Shown one piece after another: positions 9,443-16,686 of a stretch of 45,496 bases of DNA. This stretch comes from Acidobacteriota bacterium (lineage in GTDB: Bacteria; Acidobacteriota; Thermoanaerobaculia; UBA5066; Gp7-AA6): contig JBDUBI010000136.1 of the NCBI GenBank assembly GCA_040004225.1, forward strand, positions 1 to 45,496. Direction: 5' to 3'. The first letter of the stretch is position 1. The number at the start of each line of letters is the position of its first letter. The notes beneath the pieces were generated by a model that was not told where the DNA came from, did no database searches, and worked only from the letters and a program-made list of their open reading frames with translations. The translations under genes were made by a program, and so were the position numbers.

Positions 9443-10386
9443 CGAACGATCTTCGCGGCACTCTTGCGGGCCGCCACCGAAATCCCGAGCCCCGCGAAAA
9501 TGAAGGCCGCCGCCAGCGCCGTTCTCGCCGCGAAGCTTTCTCCGAGGACCACCACCGCGAGAACAGACGCGATGAGCGGCTGAAGGAACACGTAAAAGGC
9601 GACGCGGGACGCGTGCGTCCTCGCGAGCGCCCACGAATTCCAGAGATAGGGAAGGACGCTGCAGAGAATCACGATCCCCGCGACGCCGGCCCAGGCGGCC
9701 GCGGGGACCCGGGAGGGGGAGAACCGGAGAACAGCGGGCGCCGCCACCAGGAGGATGGGCGCCGCGCCAAACAGGAAGACGCGCGACACGATCGTCTCGG
9801 CGGAATACCTCGCCAGGATCGGGCGCGACAGGACCAGATAGCAGGAGTACGAGAGAGAGTTGGCGAGGATCAGGAGATCGCCTCGCACCGTCGCCCCGGC
9901 CAGCTGGAGATGGCGGACATCGAGAAGGATCAGGACTCCCGCCGTCGCGAGGCCGACGGCGGCAACACCGCGGGGGGCGATCTTTTCCCGCCCGAGGAGC
10001 ACGGCCACCACGAGGGTGAACACGGGAATCGTCGCCGTCAGGATCGTCGTGTGGATTGCCGTGGTCATCGACAATCCCAGGATGAAGAGCACCTGGTTGA
10101 GGGAGACGCCGAGGAGGGCGTAGAGCAGCACGGCCGGGCGATCCCGGCGCTCGACCTCGCGCCCCCTCGACAACCGCCGGACCGCCTCGAGCACGAGGGC
10201 GGCCGAAGAGACGCGGATGGCCGCCAGCACGAGCGGGGGGATCGCGGGCAGGACGAGCTTGCCGAAGATGGGAAAGAGAGCGAAACCGGTCTGGGCCCCG
10301 AGGAGGGCCGCGTGAACGATCCAGGTCTCGTCCCGAAGCCCCGCCGGTTCCGGGGACGTCCCGTCCGGAGCCGGAGCGAGGCTCAC
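9439..10386 (-). CDS. EamA/DMT-superfamily transporter
   Basis: About 10 TM segments in two-repeat EamA style. GTG 10386 overlaps the ygfZ-like stop (GTGA). The listed 655-aa ORF upstream of this point is Arg/Gly/Pro junk overlapping the ygfZ-like gene. Confidence 0.75.
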   Translation of the reverse strand: MSLAPAPDGTSPEPAGLRDETWIVHAALLGAQTGFALFPIFGKLVLPAIPPLVLAAIRVSSAALVLEAVRRLSRGREVERRDRPAVLLYALLGVSLNQVLFILGLSMTTAIHTTILTATIPVFTLVVAVLLGREKIAPRGVAAVGLATAGVLILLDVRHLQLAGATVRGDLLILANSLSYSCYLVLSRPILARYSAETIVSRVFLFGAAPILLVAAPAVLRFSPSRVPAAAWAGVAGIVILCSVLPYLWNSWALARTHASRVAFYVFLQPLIASVLAVVVLGESFAARTALAAAFIFAGLGISVAARKSAAKIVR

Positions 10387-11282
10387 GGGAACGGAAGATT
10401 CGACGGAATCGCCGAGCCGTCCGGCGCCTCCGTGGACACGAGACGCTCTCCGGGGGCCACGTCGCGAAACGCCCAGCCGAGGCCGATCGGCCCGAGGCGA
10501 GGCGACAAAACGGAGCTCGTCACCCGTCCCATTTCGACCTTCCCGCCGTCCGGCTCGCCCGGGCGTTTCAGGACCGTTCCAACGGGGACCGCCGCGTCGG
10601 GGAAGCGGAATCCCACGAGACGGCGATTGACCCGCCCGTACGTTCTCAGCCGGGCGACGATTTCCTGCCCGACGTAACAGCCCTTCGTCGTCGAGATCGC
10701 GTCTGCGAGGCCCACCTCGTCCGGAAGATGGGATTCGTCCGCATCCTGACCGAACCGGGGTCGACCCGCTTCGACGCGCAGCACTTCCGCCGCCGCGTCG
10801 TCCAGCGAAACCGCTCCGCTGGCGACAAGCCGCGCGGTCGCGTCTTCGAGCTCGGCCGCGGGAACGAGAAGCTCGCCGGAAAACTCGGCTTCGCCCGGGA
10901 GAGCGAGCCATCCGCCCACGACGGCAGAGGAGGGGAGCGGCGGCCCCACGATCCCGATGCGGGCGAAGTCGGCAGAACGGTCTTCGATCCGGACCTTCTG
11001 GAAAACGGCGTACTTCGCGAGATGGCGCACCACGCTCTCTCGCGACGCCGCCGGGAGAAGGAGCCGGAGTCGGTCGGGCATGCCGAGCAGGCGCGCCACG
11101 AAGAGGAGCTTCCCCTTCGGCGTCAGGCCCGCCGCTCTGAGAACCTGGCCGGCCTCCGCGCACCGGACGTCCTGGGTCAGCTGACCCTGCAGGAAGGCGG
11201 CCCGGTCCTCGCCCGTTACGTCGAGAACGGCCGCGGGTCGCACCCGATAGGCGTGGAGAGAGGGAGAAGGGCTCTGGTTCAC
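10383..11282 (-). CDS. ygfZ: Folate-binding YgfZ/GcvT-family protein
   Basis: TKGCYVGQEIVARL (the KGCYxGQE YgfZ signature). DRAAFLQGQLTQDV N-terminal block. GTG start overlaps the upstream stop (GTGA). Confidence 0.7.
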   Translation of the reverse strand: MNQSPSPSLHAYRVRPAAVLDVTGEDRAAFLQGQLTQDVRCAEAGQVLRAAGLTPKGKLLFVARLLGMPDRLRLLLPAASRESVVRHLAKYAVFQKVRIEDRSADFARIGIVGPPLPSSAVVGGWLALPGEAEFSGELLVPAAELEDATARLVASGAVSLDDAAAEVLRVEAGRPRFGQDADESHLPDEVGLADAISTTKGCYVGQEIVARLRTYGRVNRRLVGFRFPDAAVPVGTVLKRPGEPDGGKVEMGRVTSSVLSPRLGPIGLGWAFRDVAPGERLVSTEAPDGSAIPSNLPFP

Positions 11283-11743
11283 CGGGGCCGGATCTGCGCC
11301 CGGATGCGCGCACGCGGCGAGTCGACGATGTCGAGGGTCCGCATGCGGGTCGAGATGCGAATGTTGTCGTCGAGCTTGTGGTCGTCCACCGTGTCGTCTT
11401 TGTCACCGGACTTCGTCACCCGTCCGGACCGGTCATAGACGTCCACGGTGAGCGAGATGCGGCACTTGCCGGATCCACGATTCTCGACGTGAAAATCCCA
11501 CCAGAGCCACGAGTTGTCGCTCGGATCTTCGTGTCTCGCCTTTCGAATGTCGTCGGCTCCCGGGTAGTTGCGCAGCGAAACACTCCGCACGGAGCACCCT
11601 CCGGAAGTCCAGCCGAGGTTCGCCCGGCCGGTGCGGGGGATCGGAACCGACTTCTCGAATTCCGCTCCGGTGGCGGGGATAGCCACCGCCGCGGCCGCCA
11701 GCGCGAAGAGCGCCCGCCCGACGAAGTGAAAGCTCGAGGTCAT
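11279..11743 (-). CDS. Hypothetical secreted protein
   Basis: Signal-peptide-like MTSSFHFVGRALFALAAAAVAIPATGA. GGAAGGAG RBS upstream of ATG 11743. GATAAT box at 11765-11770 (minus strand). No recognisable domain. Confidence 0.5.
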   Translation of the reverse strand: MTSSFHFVGRALFALAAAAVAIPATGAEFEKSVPIPRTGRANLGWTSGGCSVRSVSLRNYPGADDIRKARHEDPSDNSWLWWDFHVENRGSGKCRISLTVDVYDRSGRVTKSGDKDDTVDDHKLDDNIRISTRMRTLDIVDSPRARIRAQIRPR

Positions 11744-11824
11744 ATCCAGTTCTCCTTCCGGCGTATTATCGCTTTCGTGGAAGACTCGAGCGAGGAGCCC
11801 GGCCGGCACGTGATCGACATCTTC

Positions 11825-12040
11825 ATGATGTCCATCAAATGCGGGAATTGCGACACCTACCAGACCGTGATCCGGTTTTCGAAGGGCCCCGATAAGAACG
11901 TCTACACGTACGAGTGTGAAAACGAGATCTGCGACCCGAACGTGACGCGGACGATCGTCGAAGTTCCGAAGCAGGTGGACAACTCCGTCAAGCGCGCCGA
12001 GGAACTGCCGTACTACGACCGCGAGAGCTCCGACGTCTGA
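11825..12040 (+). CDS. Small zinc-ribbon-like protein (71 aa), hypothetical
   Basis: CGNC...CENEIC gives four Cys in two knuckles. Normal (not Arg-rich) amino-acid composition. Coding-like third-position bias. Confidence 0.5.
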   Translation: MMSIKCGNCDTYQTVIRFSKGPDKNVYTYECENEICDPNVTRTIVEVPKQVDNSVKRAEELPYYDRESSDV

Positions 12041-12068
12041 CCGCCATCGTCCCGCCTTCGAATTCCTG

Positions 12069-12074
12069 TAAAAT
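12069..12074 (+). promoter_or_regulatory. -10-like TAAAAT, 9 nt upstream of ATG 12084 (PaaI gene)
   Basis: TGTAAAAT-GAATCGTTT-ATG in a locally AT-rich 43-nt spacer. Confidence 0.3.
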
Positions 12075-12083
12075 GAATCGTTT

Positions 12084-12566
12084 ATGAGTGCAACGATGAC
12101 GACCCCTCAGCCGGGCGGCCCCCCGGCGCTGGCGCCGGACCTCCTGGCCCGGCTCCAGAAGAGGCTCGCAGGCTCTCCCGCAATCGGCTGGCTCCACCCG
12201 GTCCTGGAAGAAATCTCGCTCGATCATGCCGTCCTGAAGCTGCCCTACCGCGAAGAGGTCAGCAACGGGTCCGGCACGGTCCACGGTGGAATCCTCGCGA
12301 CCCTGGCGGACACGGCCGTCGCCTTCGCACTCTCGACCAACTTCGACGGAAAGATGGGGTTCGCGACCGCGGACCTGACCATCCACTTTCTCCGTCGCGC
12401 ACGAGGAGACGTCTGGGCCCGCGCGCGCATCCTGAAGAAGGGGCGGCGCCTCAACATCGGAGAGGTCGAGATCGTGGACGCGGGGGACCGGCCGGTCGCC
12501 CGCGTGCTCGCCTCGTTTCTCCTGACGACCTCCTCGTTCGATTACGCACCGGAAGGGAAATCATGA
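12084..12566 (+). CDS. PaaI-family hotdog-fold thioesterase
   Basis: VHGGILATLADTAVAFAL core motif of the PaaI/4HBT-III family, 160 aa. Confidence 0.75.
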   Translation: MSATMTTPQPGGPPALAPDLLARLQKRLAGSPAIGWLHPVLEEISLDHAVLKLPYREEVSNGSGTVHGGILATLADTAVAFALSTNFDGKMGFATADLTIHFLRRARGDVWARARILKKGRRLNIGEVEIVDAGDRPVARVLASFLLTTSSFDYAPEGKS

Positions 12567-13591
12567 ACGACGACACGATCCCGTTTCCCGCGGCGGAAGA
12601 GGGAGGCGAGAAGAAAAGCCGCCGCCGCCGCGGCGGAGCGCGCCGCCACAAGGCGCGACCCGCCGGAGCGCCCGAGGAGCCGAGGAATGGCGACCTGGCG
12701 CTTTCCGCCCCGGTCCCGGTTCTCGCGACTCCGTCCCTCGCCCCTGCGCCGGCGGGTCCCTCGCAGCCGATGGGGCCGTCTCAGCCGATGGGGCCTCTGT
12801 CCTCTTCGCATGCGATGGCGCCGCTCTCCCTGGCCCCTCCGCCCGCCCGCGTTTCCGTGGAGCAGCGGATCTCGCTCTTCATCGATTTCGAGAACATCGC
12901 GCTCGGGGCCCGCGACGCGAAGTACAAGAAGTTCGACATCCACTTAGTCCTGCAGCGCCTGATCGAAAAGGGGCGGATCGTCTACAAGAAGGCCTATGCC
13001 GACTGGACGCGTTACTCAGACTACAAGCGCGAGTTCCACGAAGCCGCGATCGAGCTGATCGACATTCCCCAGCGCGGATACAGCGGGAAGAACTCGGCAG
13101 ACATCCGCATGGTCGTCGACGCCATGGACCTGGCCAACTCCAAGGGACACATCACGACTTTCGTGATCTGTTCGGGAGACTCCGACTTTTCGCCCCTCGT
13201 CTCGAAGTTGAAGGAGAACGACAAGAGCGTCATCGGCGTGGGGGTCAAGAACTCCACGTCCGAGCTGTTGATCAGCAACTGCGACGAGTTCATCTTCTAC
13301 GAGGACCTCGTCCGAGAGACTCGCGAGCTGCCGTCGATCGAGAACCTCCCCGAAAAGAAGCGGGAGGTTTTCCGCCTCATGCTCGACTCCATGCAGGCGC
13401 TCCAGAGAGAGAACTACGACGTCATCTGGGGCTCGATGATCAAGCAGACGATGCAGCGCAAGCAGCCGTATTTCAACGAGTCCTACTACGGCTACAAGTC
13501 CTTCTCGGAGCTTCTGGAGGATGCCGAGCGGTTGAAGATCCTGACGATGAAGAAGGACGCGAAGAGCGGCGGCTACATGATCAGCGTGTAA
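12563..13591 (+). CDS. NYN (LabA-like) nuclease domain protein with C-terminal OST-HTH/LOTUS domain and a disordered Arg/Pro-rich N-terminus
   Basis: ISLFIDFENI, GKNSADIRMVVDAMDLA and FVICSGDSDFSPLVSKLKE are NYN/LabA acidic motifs. The C-terminal ~75 aa (FRLMLDSMQAL...YGYKSFSELLEDAERLKIL) looks like LOTUS. ATGA overlap with the PaaI gene. Confidence 0.8.
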   Translation: MNDDTIPFPAAEEGGEKKSRRRRGGARRHKARPAGAPEEPRNGDLALSAPVPVLATPSLAPAPAGPSQPMGPSQPMGPLSSSHAMAPLSLAPPPARVSVEQRISLFIDFENIALGARDAKYKKFDIHLVLQRLIEKGRIVYKKAYADWTRYSDYKREFHEAAIELIDIPQRGYSGKNSADIRMVVDAMDLANSKGHITTFVICSGDSDFSPLVSKLKENDKSVIGVGVKNSTSELLISNCDEFIFYEDLVRETRELPSIENLPEKKREVFRLMLDSMQALQRENYDVIWGSMIKQTMQRKQPYFNESYYGYKSFSELLEDAERLKILTMKKDAKSGGYMISV

Positions 13592-13624
13592 AAGCTGAAA
13601 TCGGGCGTCGGCCGGGACTCGAAC

Positions 13625-13679
13625 GATCAGGACGGGAAGTCGCAGCCTTGTTTCCCGTTTCCCGTTTCCCGTCCCGATC
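13625..13679. repeat. (TTTCCCG)x3 heptamer array (13651-13671) inside a 14-bp imperfect hairpin (13625-13638 pairs with 13666-13679)
   Basis: Read directly. Same unit as the complement of the 8668 array. The minus strand reads GGGACGGGAAACGGGAAACGGG. Located between convergent genes. Confidence 0.8.
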
Positions 13680-13695
13680 CGGGTTTCTCGGCCCG

Positions 13696-14706
13696 CTACT
13701 TCCTCTTCAGCGTGATCCGATCGCCCCTGCCGCCCTCCGGCCCGGACAGCGTGCCGTAAACCTCGAGTTTTAAGAAATCCGCGGCGCCGGAAAAGTCCCA
13801 GACGAGGTTCTGGAATCCGCGCAGGGAGCTTCCCGGATCGGGATGGATGACGTCGGACAGCGCGTCGACTCCCCGGTTGCGGGCGTACGGTTTCGAGGAG
13901 AACACGTAGGAGAGGAAGCCGCTCTGGTTCACTCCCGCCTGGACCAGATAATCATCCTCGACCGACTCGAGAAGCAGATAGCGCACGTCGAGCACCTTGC
14001 CGGTCTGTCCCTCGAGGGCGCGCCAGACGCGATCGCGCCTGGGGATCCACGCCGGGAACGGGATGAAGTCGATCGGCAGGCTCGCTCCCGCGGGCGAGGC
14101 GGAGAGCAGAGAGGAGATCTGGCCCAGCCGCTGCGGACCGTCTGAAGCCAGCCGATACCCGGCCCCGGCCCCTCCCCGCCCGGGGTCGGTCAAGAGGACG
14201 TGGGCCGCGAGGATCGCGCCTTCCGCATCTGTTTCGAGGAAGACCTGCTTGAGGGCGGGGCGCGCCGGAGCGCTCAGTGTCTTCGAAAACTCCGTCGCCC
14301 ACCGGCCCGAGAGATCCAGCCGGGCGGACGTCGCGGCCGGAGCCGGAGTCGGGGAAACGGCGGGAACGGGAGCCGGCGTGCGGGACCGCAGGGCCAGGAA
14401 AAGCAGGATGGCCGCGAGCGCCGCGGCGACCCCGATCGCCGGCGTCTTCAGCGCGCCGCGGGACGTCTCTGTGGCGGCGCGACCGGTGCCTGGAGGTGCC
14501 GGCTCCCCGGGGGGGCCTGACGGGGCAGGAGGCGGAGCGGGCTTCGCCACCGGGGGGGCCGGGACGGCGGCGGCGGTTTTCGGGGCGCTCTCAGGGACGG
14601 CTCCCCGCTCTACCGGCGGCTCCGGCTCGAAGGGGCGCGAGCAGCGGAGGCACTTTTCGGTGGGGATCTGCGTGAAGCCGCACGTGGGGCAGGTCACCCA
14701 ATCCAT
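13696..14706 (-). CDS. Hypothetical membrane protein: N-terminal zinc ribbon, Pro-rich linker, one TM helix, ~230-aa extracytoplasmic domain
   Basis: MDWVTCPTCGFTQIPTEKCLRCSRPF (CxxC-N11-CxxC). TM helix AIGVAAALAAILLFLAL. No domain recognised in the C-terminal part. Confidence 0.55.
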   Translation of the reverse strand: MDWVTCPTCGFTQIPTEKCLRCSRPFEPEPPVERGAVPESAPKTAAAVPAPPVAKPAPPPAPSGPPGEPAPPGTGRAATETSRGALKTPAIGVAAALAAILLFLALRSRTPAPVPAVSPTPAPAATSARLDLSGRWATEFSKTLSAPARPALKQVFLETDAEGAILAAHVLLTDPGRGGAGAGYRLASDGPQRLGQISSLLSASPAGASLPIDFIPFPAWIPRRDRVWRALEGQTGKVLDVRYLLLESVEDDYLVQAGVNQSGFLSYVFSSKPYARNRGVDALSDVIHPDPGSSLRGFQNLVWDFSGAADFLKLEVYGTLSGPEGGRGDRITLKRK

Positions 14707-14713
14707 CGGGCCG

Positions 14714-14722
14714 AGTGTAGCA
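14714..14722 (-). promoter_or_regulatory. Extended -10-like box TGCTACACT, 7 nt upstream of ATG 14706 (leaderless candidate)
   Basis: The minus strand reads CTGCTACACT-CGGCCCG-ATG. There is no room for a Shine-Dalgarno sequence. Confidence 0.45.
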
Positions 14723-14837
14723 GTGAGAGTTCCGGCTCACGAGATTCCCGTTTTCGGCTCTGACACCCGATCGTCGTCGCCGGTCAGAAAAAGGCGGGCC
14801 GAAAGAGATGCGGCCGTGTCCGGGGACGAAGACTGTC

Positions 14838-15896
14838 TCAAATCTCCCGGAAAAAGAAACGATCGAGCACTCCCAGGCGGGCCTGCCGGTCGTAGTCCGG
14901 GTCCATGAGCCAGAGGGCGGCGGCGATCGAGGAGGCGAGCGAGTTGCCGTCCTGGGGCGTGAAACAGAAGCCGACGATGTCCCGGTCGCCGTTGTTGGTG
15001 ATGGTCGGCGCCGCCACGACCGCCTGAGAAAGGATGCGGCCGTAGTACCCGTGGTCGCGCCCGAAGGAGAAAATCTGGTTGGACGAGCGCTTCTCCGTGA
15101 TCGCGATCCGGCGATTGGCCCGAAGCAAATCGAGCGCGCGCTCCTTGGTCATCGGGTGCGTCAGCTCCAGGTCGAACCAGAGCGAGTGCATGTACTGAGT
15201 GTTCAACTTCATCGCCGACGAAAACAGCTTGGGCTTCCAGCCGATCGTCTCGAGCAGGCGGGAGGCATCCCGGGCGTGGTGCGTGCCGTACTGGGGGTCG
15301 TCGTGCTTTCCGGCGGAAGGCGCGGGAGCGAAGCTCGAGTCCTGCGAGACGTCGTTGGCCCGGCGCATGCAGACGAAGCGGCCGTGCTCGAGACCCGAGC
15401 CGTGGTCCTCGTTTTCCGACAGAGTCTTCACGAGCGCGGCGATGTTGTGTGTGTTGCAGGAGACGACCTGGATAAACCGGTCCTCGCCGGCCACCAGCGC
15501 TTTGTCGTTGATACCCATCGCGTACGGCTTTCCGAACCCGAACTCGCTGCCCTGCGCCAGAAAACCCCTCGGACCGGAGAGCTTCTCGTACGCCTTCTTG
15601 TTCTCGTTCCCCGCCGGCGTGCAGTCGATCACGACCGTGGCGCGCTCGAGAGCCTCCTGGGCCTCGTAGTCGACCTTGTGGCCCAGAGCCTCGAAGTCGG
15701 CGACCTTGTCCGAGTCGACGGCCAGCCTGGCCCCGCGCTGGAGGAGGTGGTTGACCTTCGCGCGTTCGGTCGTCATCGGGGTGCGCTTGTGGAAGGTGAT
15801 CTCGTCGATCCCCAGGTATTTCTTGAAATCGGCGAAGAGACCGATCAGGGGCTCGCCGATGGTGCCGGTGCCGACGACGTGTACGATCTTGTTCAT
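14838..15896 (-). CDS. Type II (archaeal-type) glyceraldehyde-3-phosphate dehydrogenase-like oxidoreductase
   Basis: N-terminal Rossmann motif VHVVGTGTIGEP, VVIDCTPAG, catalytic-Cys block VVSCNTHNI (archaeal GAPDH has VSCNTT), THHARD (archaeal SHHGPD), 352 aa. Confidence 0.6.
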   Translation of the reverse strand: MNKIVHVVGTGTIGEPLIGLFADFKKYLGIDEITFHKRTPMTTERAKVNHLLQRGARLAVDSDKVADFEALGHKVDYEAQEALERATVVIDCTPAGNENKKAYEKLSGPRGFLAQGSEFGFGKPYAMGINDKALVAGEDRFIQVVSCNTHNIAALVKTLSENEDHGSGLEHGRFVCMRRANDVSQDSSFAPAPSAGKHDDPQYGTHHARDASRLLETIGWKPKLFSSAMKLNTQYMHSLWFDLELTHPMTKERALDLLRANRRIAITEKRSSNQIFSFGRDHGYYGRILSQAVVAAPTITNNGDRDIVGFCFTPQDGNSLASSIAAALWLMDPDYDRQARLGVLDRFFFREI

Positions 15897-15953
15897 GCGT
15901 TTCGTTCCTGCTCCGTGTCTTCAAGTGAGTGCGTTCCCCGGGGCTTCCCGGGG

Positions 15954-15965
15954 TCCCGATCGGGA
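15954..15965. promoter_or_regulatory. Perfect 12-bp palindrome TCCCGATCGGGA in a divergent intergenic region (candidate operator)
   Basis: Read directly. Flanked by CCCCGGGG and CCCGGGG self-complementary runs. Lies between the GAPDH-like gene (minus strand) and the hydrolase gene (plus strand). Confidence 0.25.
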
Positions 15966-16054
15966 GCGGCCGGGAGGCCGGAAGGATACGACGAACGGCG
16001 TCGTTCTCCAACGCCCCGGGGAGACTTCGGCGCCGACGGTCAAGAGGAGCCGGC

Positions 16055-16684
16055 TTGACCGCGAGCATTGAGACCCTCTTCTTTCCCGGCCCGGAAGGCC
16101 GTCTCGAGGGGCTGTGGAAGGACGCCGCCGCCCCGCGGAAAGGAGGCGCCCTCTTCGCCCACCCGCATCCGCTTTTCGGTGGCACCCTTCACAACAAGGT
16201 TGTCTATCGGGCCGCCCGGGCGCTCGTCGAAAACGGCTGGGCCACCCTTCGATTCAACTTCCGGGGCGTCGGGCTTTCGGAGGGAACGCACGACGAGGGG
16301 CGCGGAGAGACGCTCGATGTCCTGGCGGCGGCAGACGAGGTCGAGCGCCGCACCGGAGGCCCTCTCGTGACGGGCGGATTTTCCTTCGGGTCGGCCGCGG
16401 CGCTGCGCGCGGCCGCCGGCGACGGGCGTGTCGCCGCCTTCATCGGAGTCGGGCTTCCCGTCGCGACCGATTCGATACGTCAGACAGCGCGTCCGGCCGT
16501 GCCCGCGCTCTTCGTCGTCGGTGAAGAGGACACCTATGGCCCTCCGGATCTCCTGCGCGAGTTCGTCGGCCGGTCCGGCGCCGTGGTCGTCGTGCCGCGA
16601 ACGGGGCACTTTTTCGAAGGAAAGCTCCCGGAGCTCGAGGCCGTGGTCGGGAGTTTTCTGCGCGGGCTTTCCGTTCCCTCCTGA
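16055..16684 (+). CDS. Alpha/beta hydrolase, COG2945-like
   Basis: FAHPHPLFGGTLHNKVV block. Nucleophile elbow GFSFGS. GAGGAG RBS 6 nt before TTG 16055. Confidence 0.6.
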   Translation: MTASIETLFFPGPEGRLEGLWKDAAAPRKGGALFAHPHPLFGGTLHNKVVYRAARALVENGWATLRFNFRGVGLSEGTHDEGRGETLDVLAAADEVERRTGGPLVTGGFSFGSAAALRAAAGDGRVAAFIGVGLPVATDSIRQTARPAVPALFVVGEEDTYGPPDLLREFVGRSGAVVVVPRTGHFFEGKLPELEAVVGSFLRGLSVPS

Positions 16685-16686
16685 TC

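Noticed and set aside
10387-11406. N-terminal 340-aa extension of the EamA ORF (listed as 9439..11406).
   Set aside because: The extension is Arg/Gly/Pro junk and overlaps the YgfZ-like gene in another frame. GTG 10386 gives a normal-length EamA protein with a GTGA junction.
12563-13591. I considered whether the NYN protein is the toxin of a toxin-antitoxin pair.
   Set aside because: At 342 aa with a LOTUS RNA-binding domain, it does not match small PIN/VapC-type toxins. No short antitoxin-like gene precedes it; the upstream gene is a 160-aa hotdog enzyme.
14737-16185. Long ORFs on both strands (14737..16185 minus, 14808..16058 plus) overlapping the GAPDH-like gene.
   Set aside because: Low-complexity Arg/Gly-rich translations. 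The 14838..15896 frame alone has a Rossmann motif, the catalytic Cys block and a normal composition.
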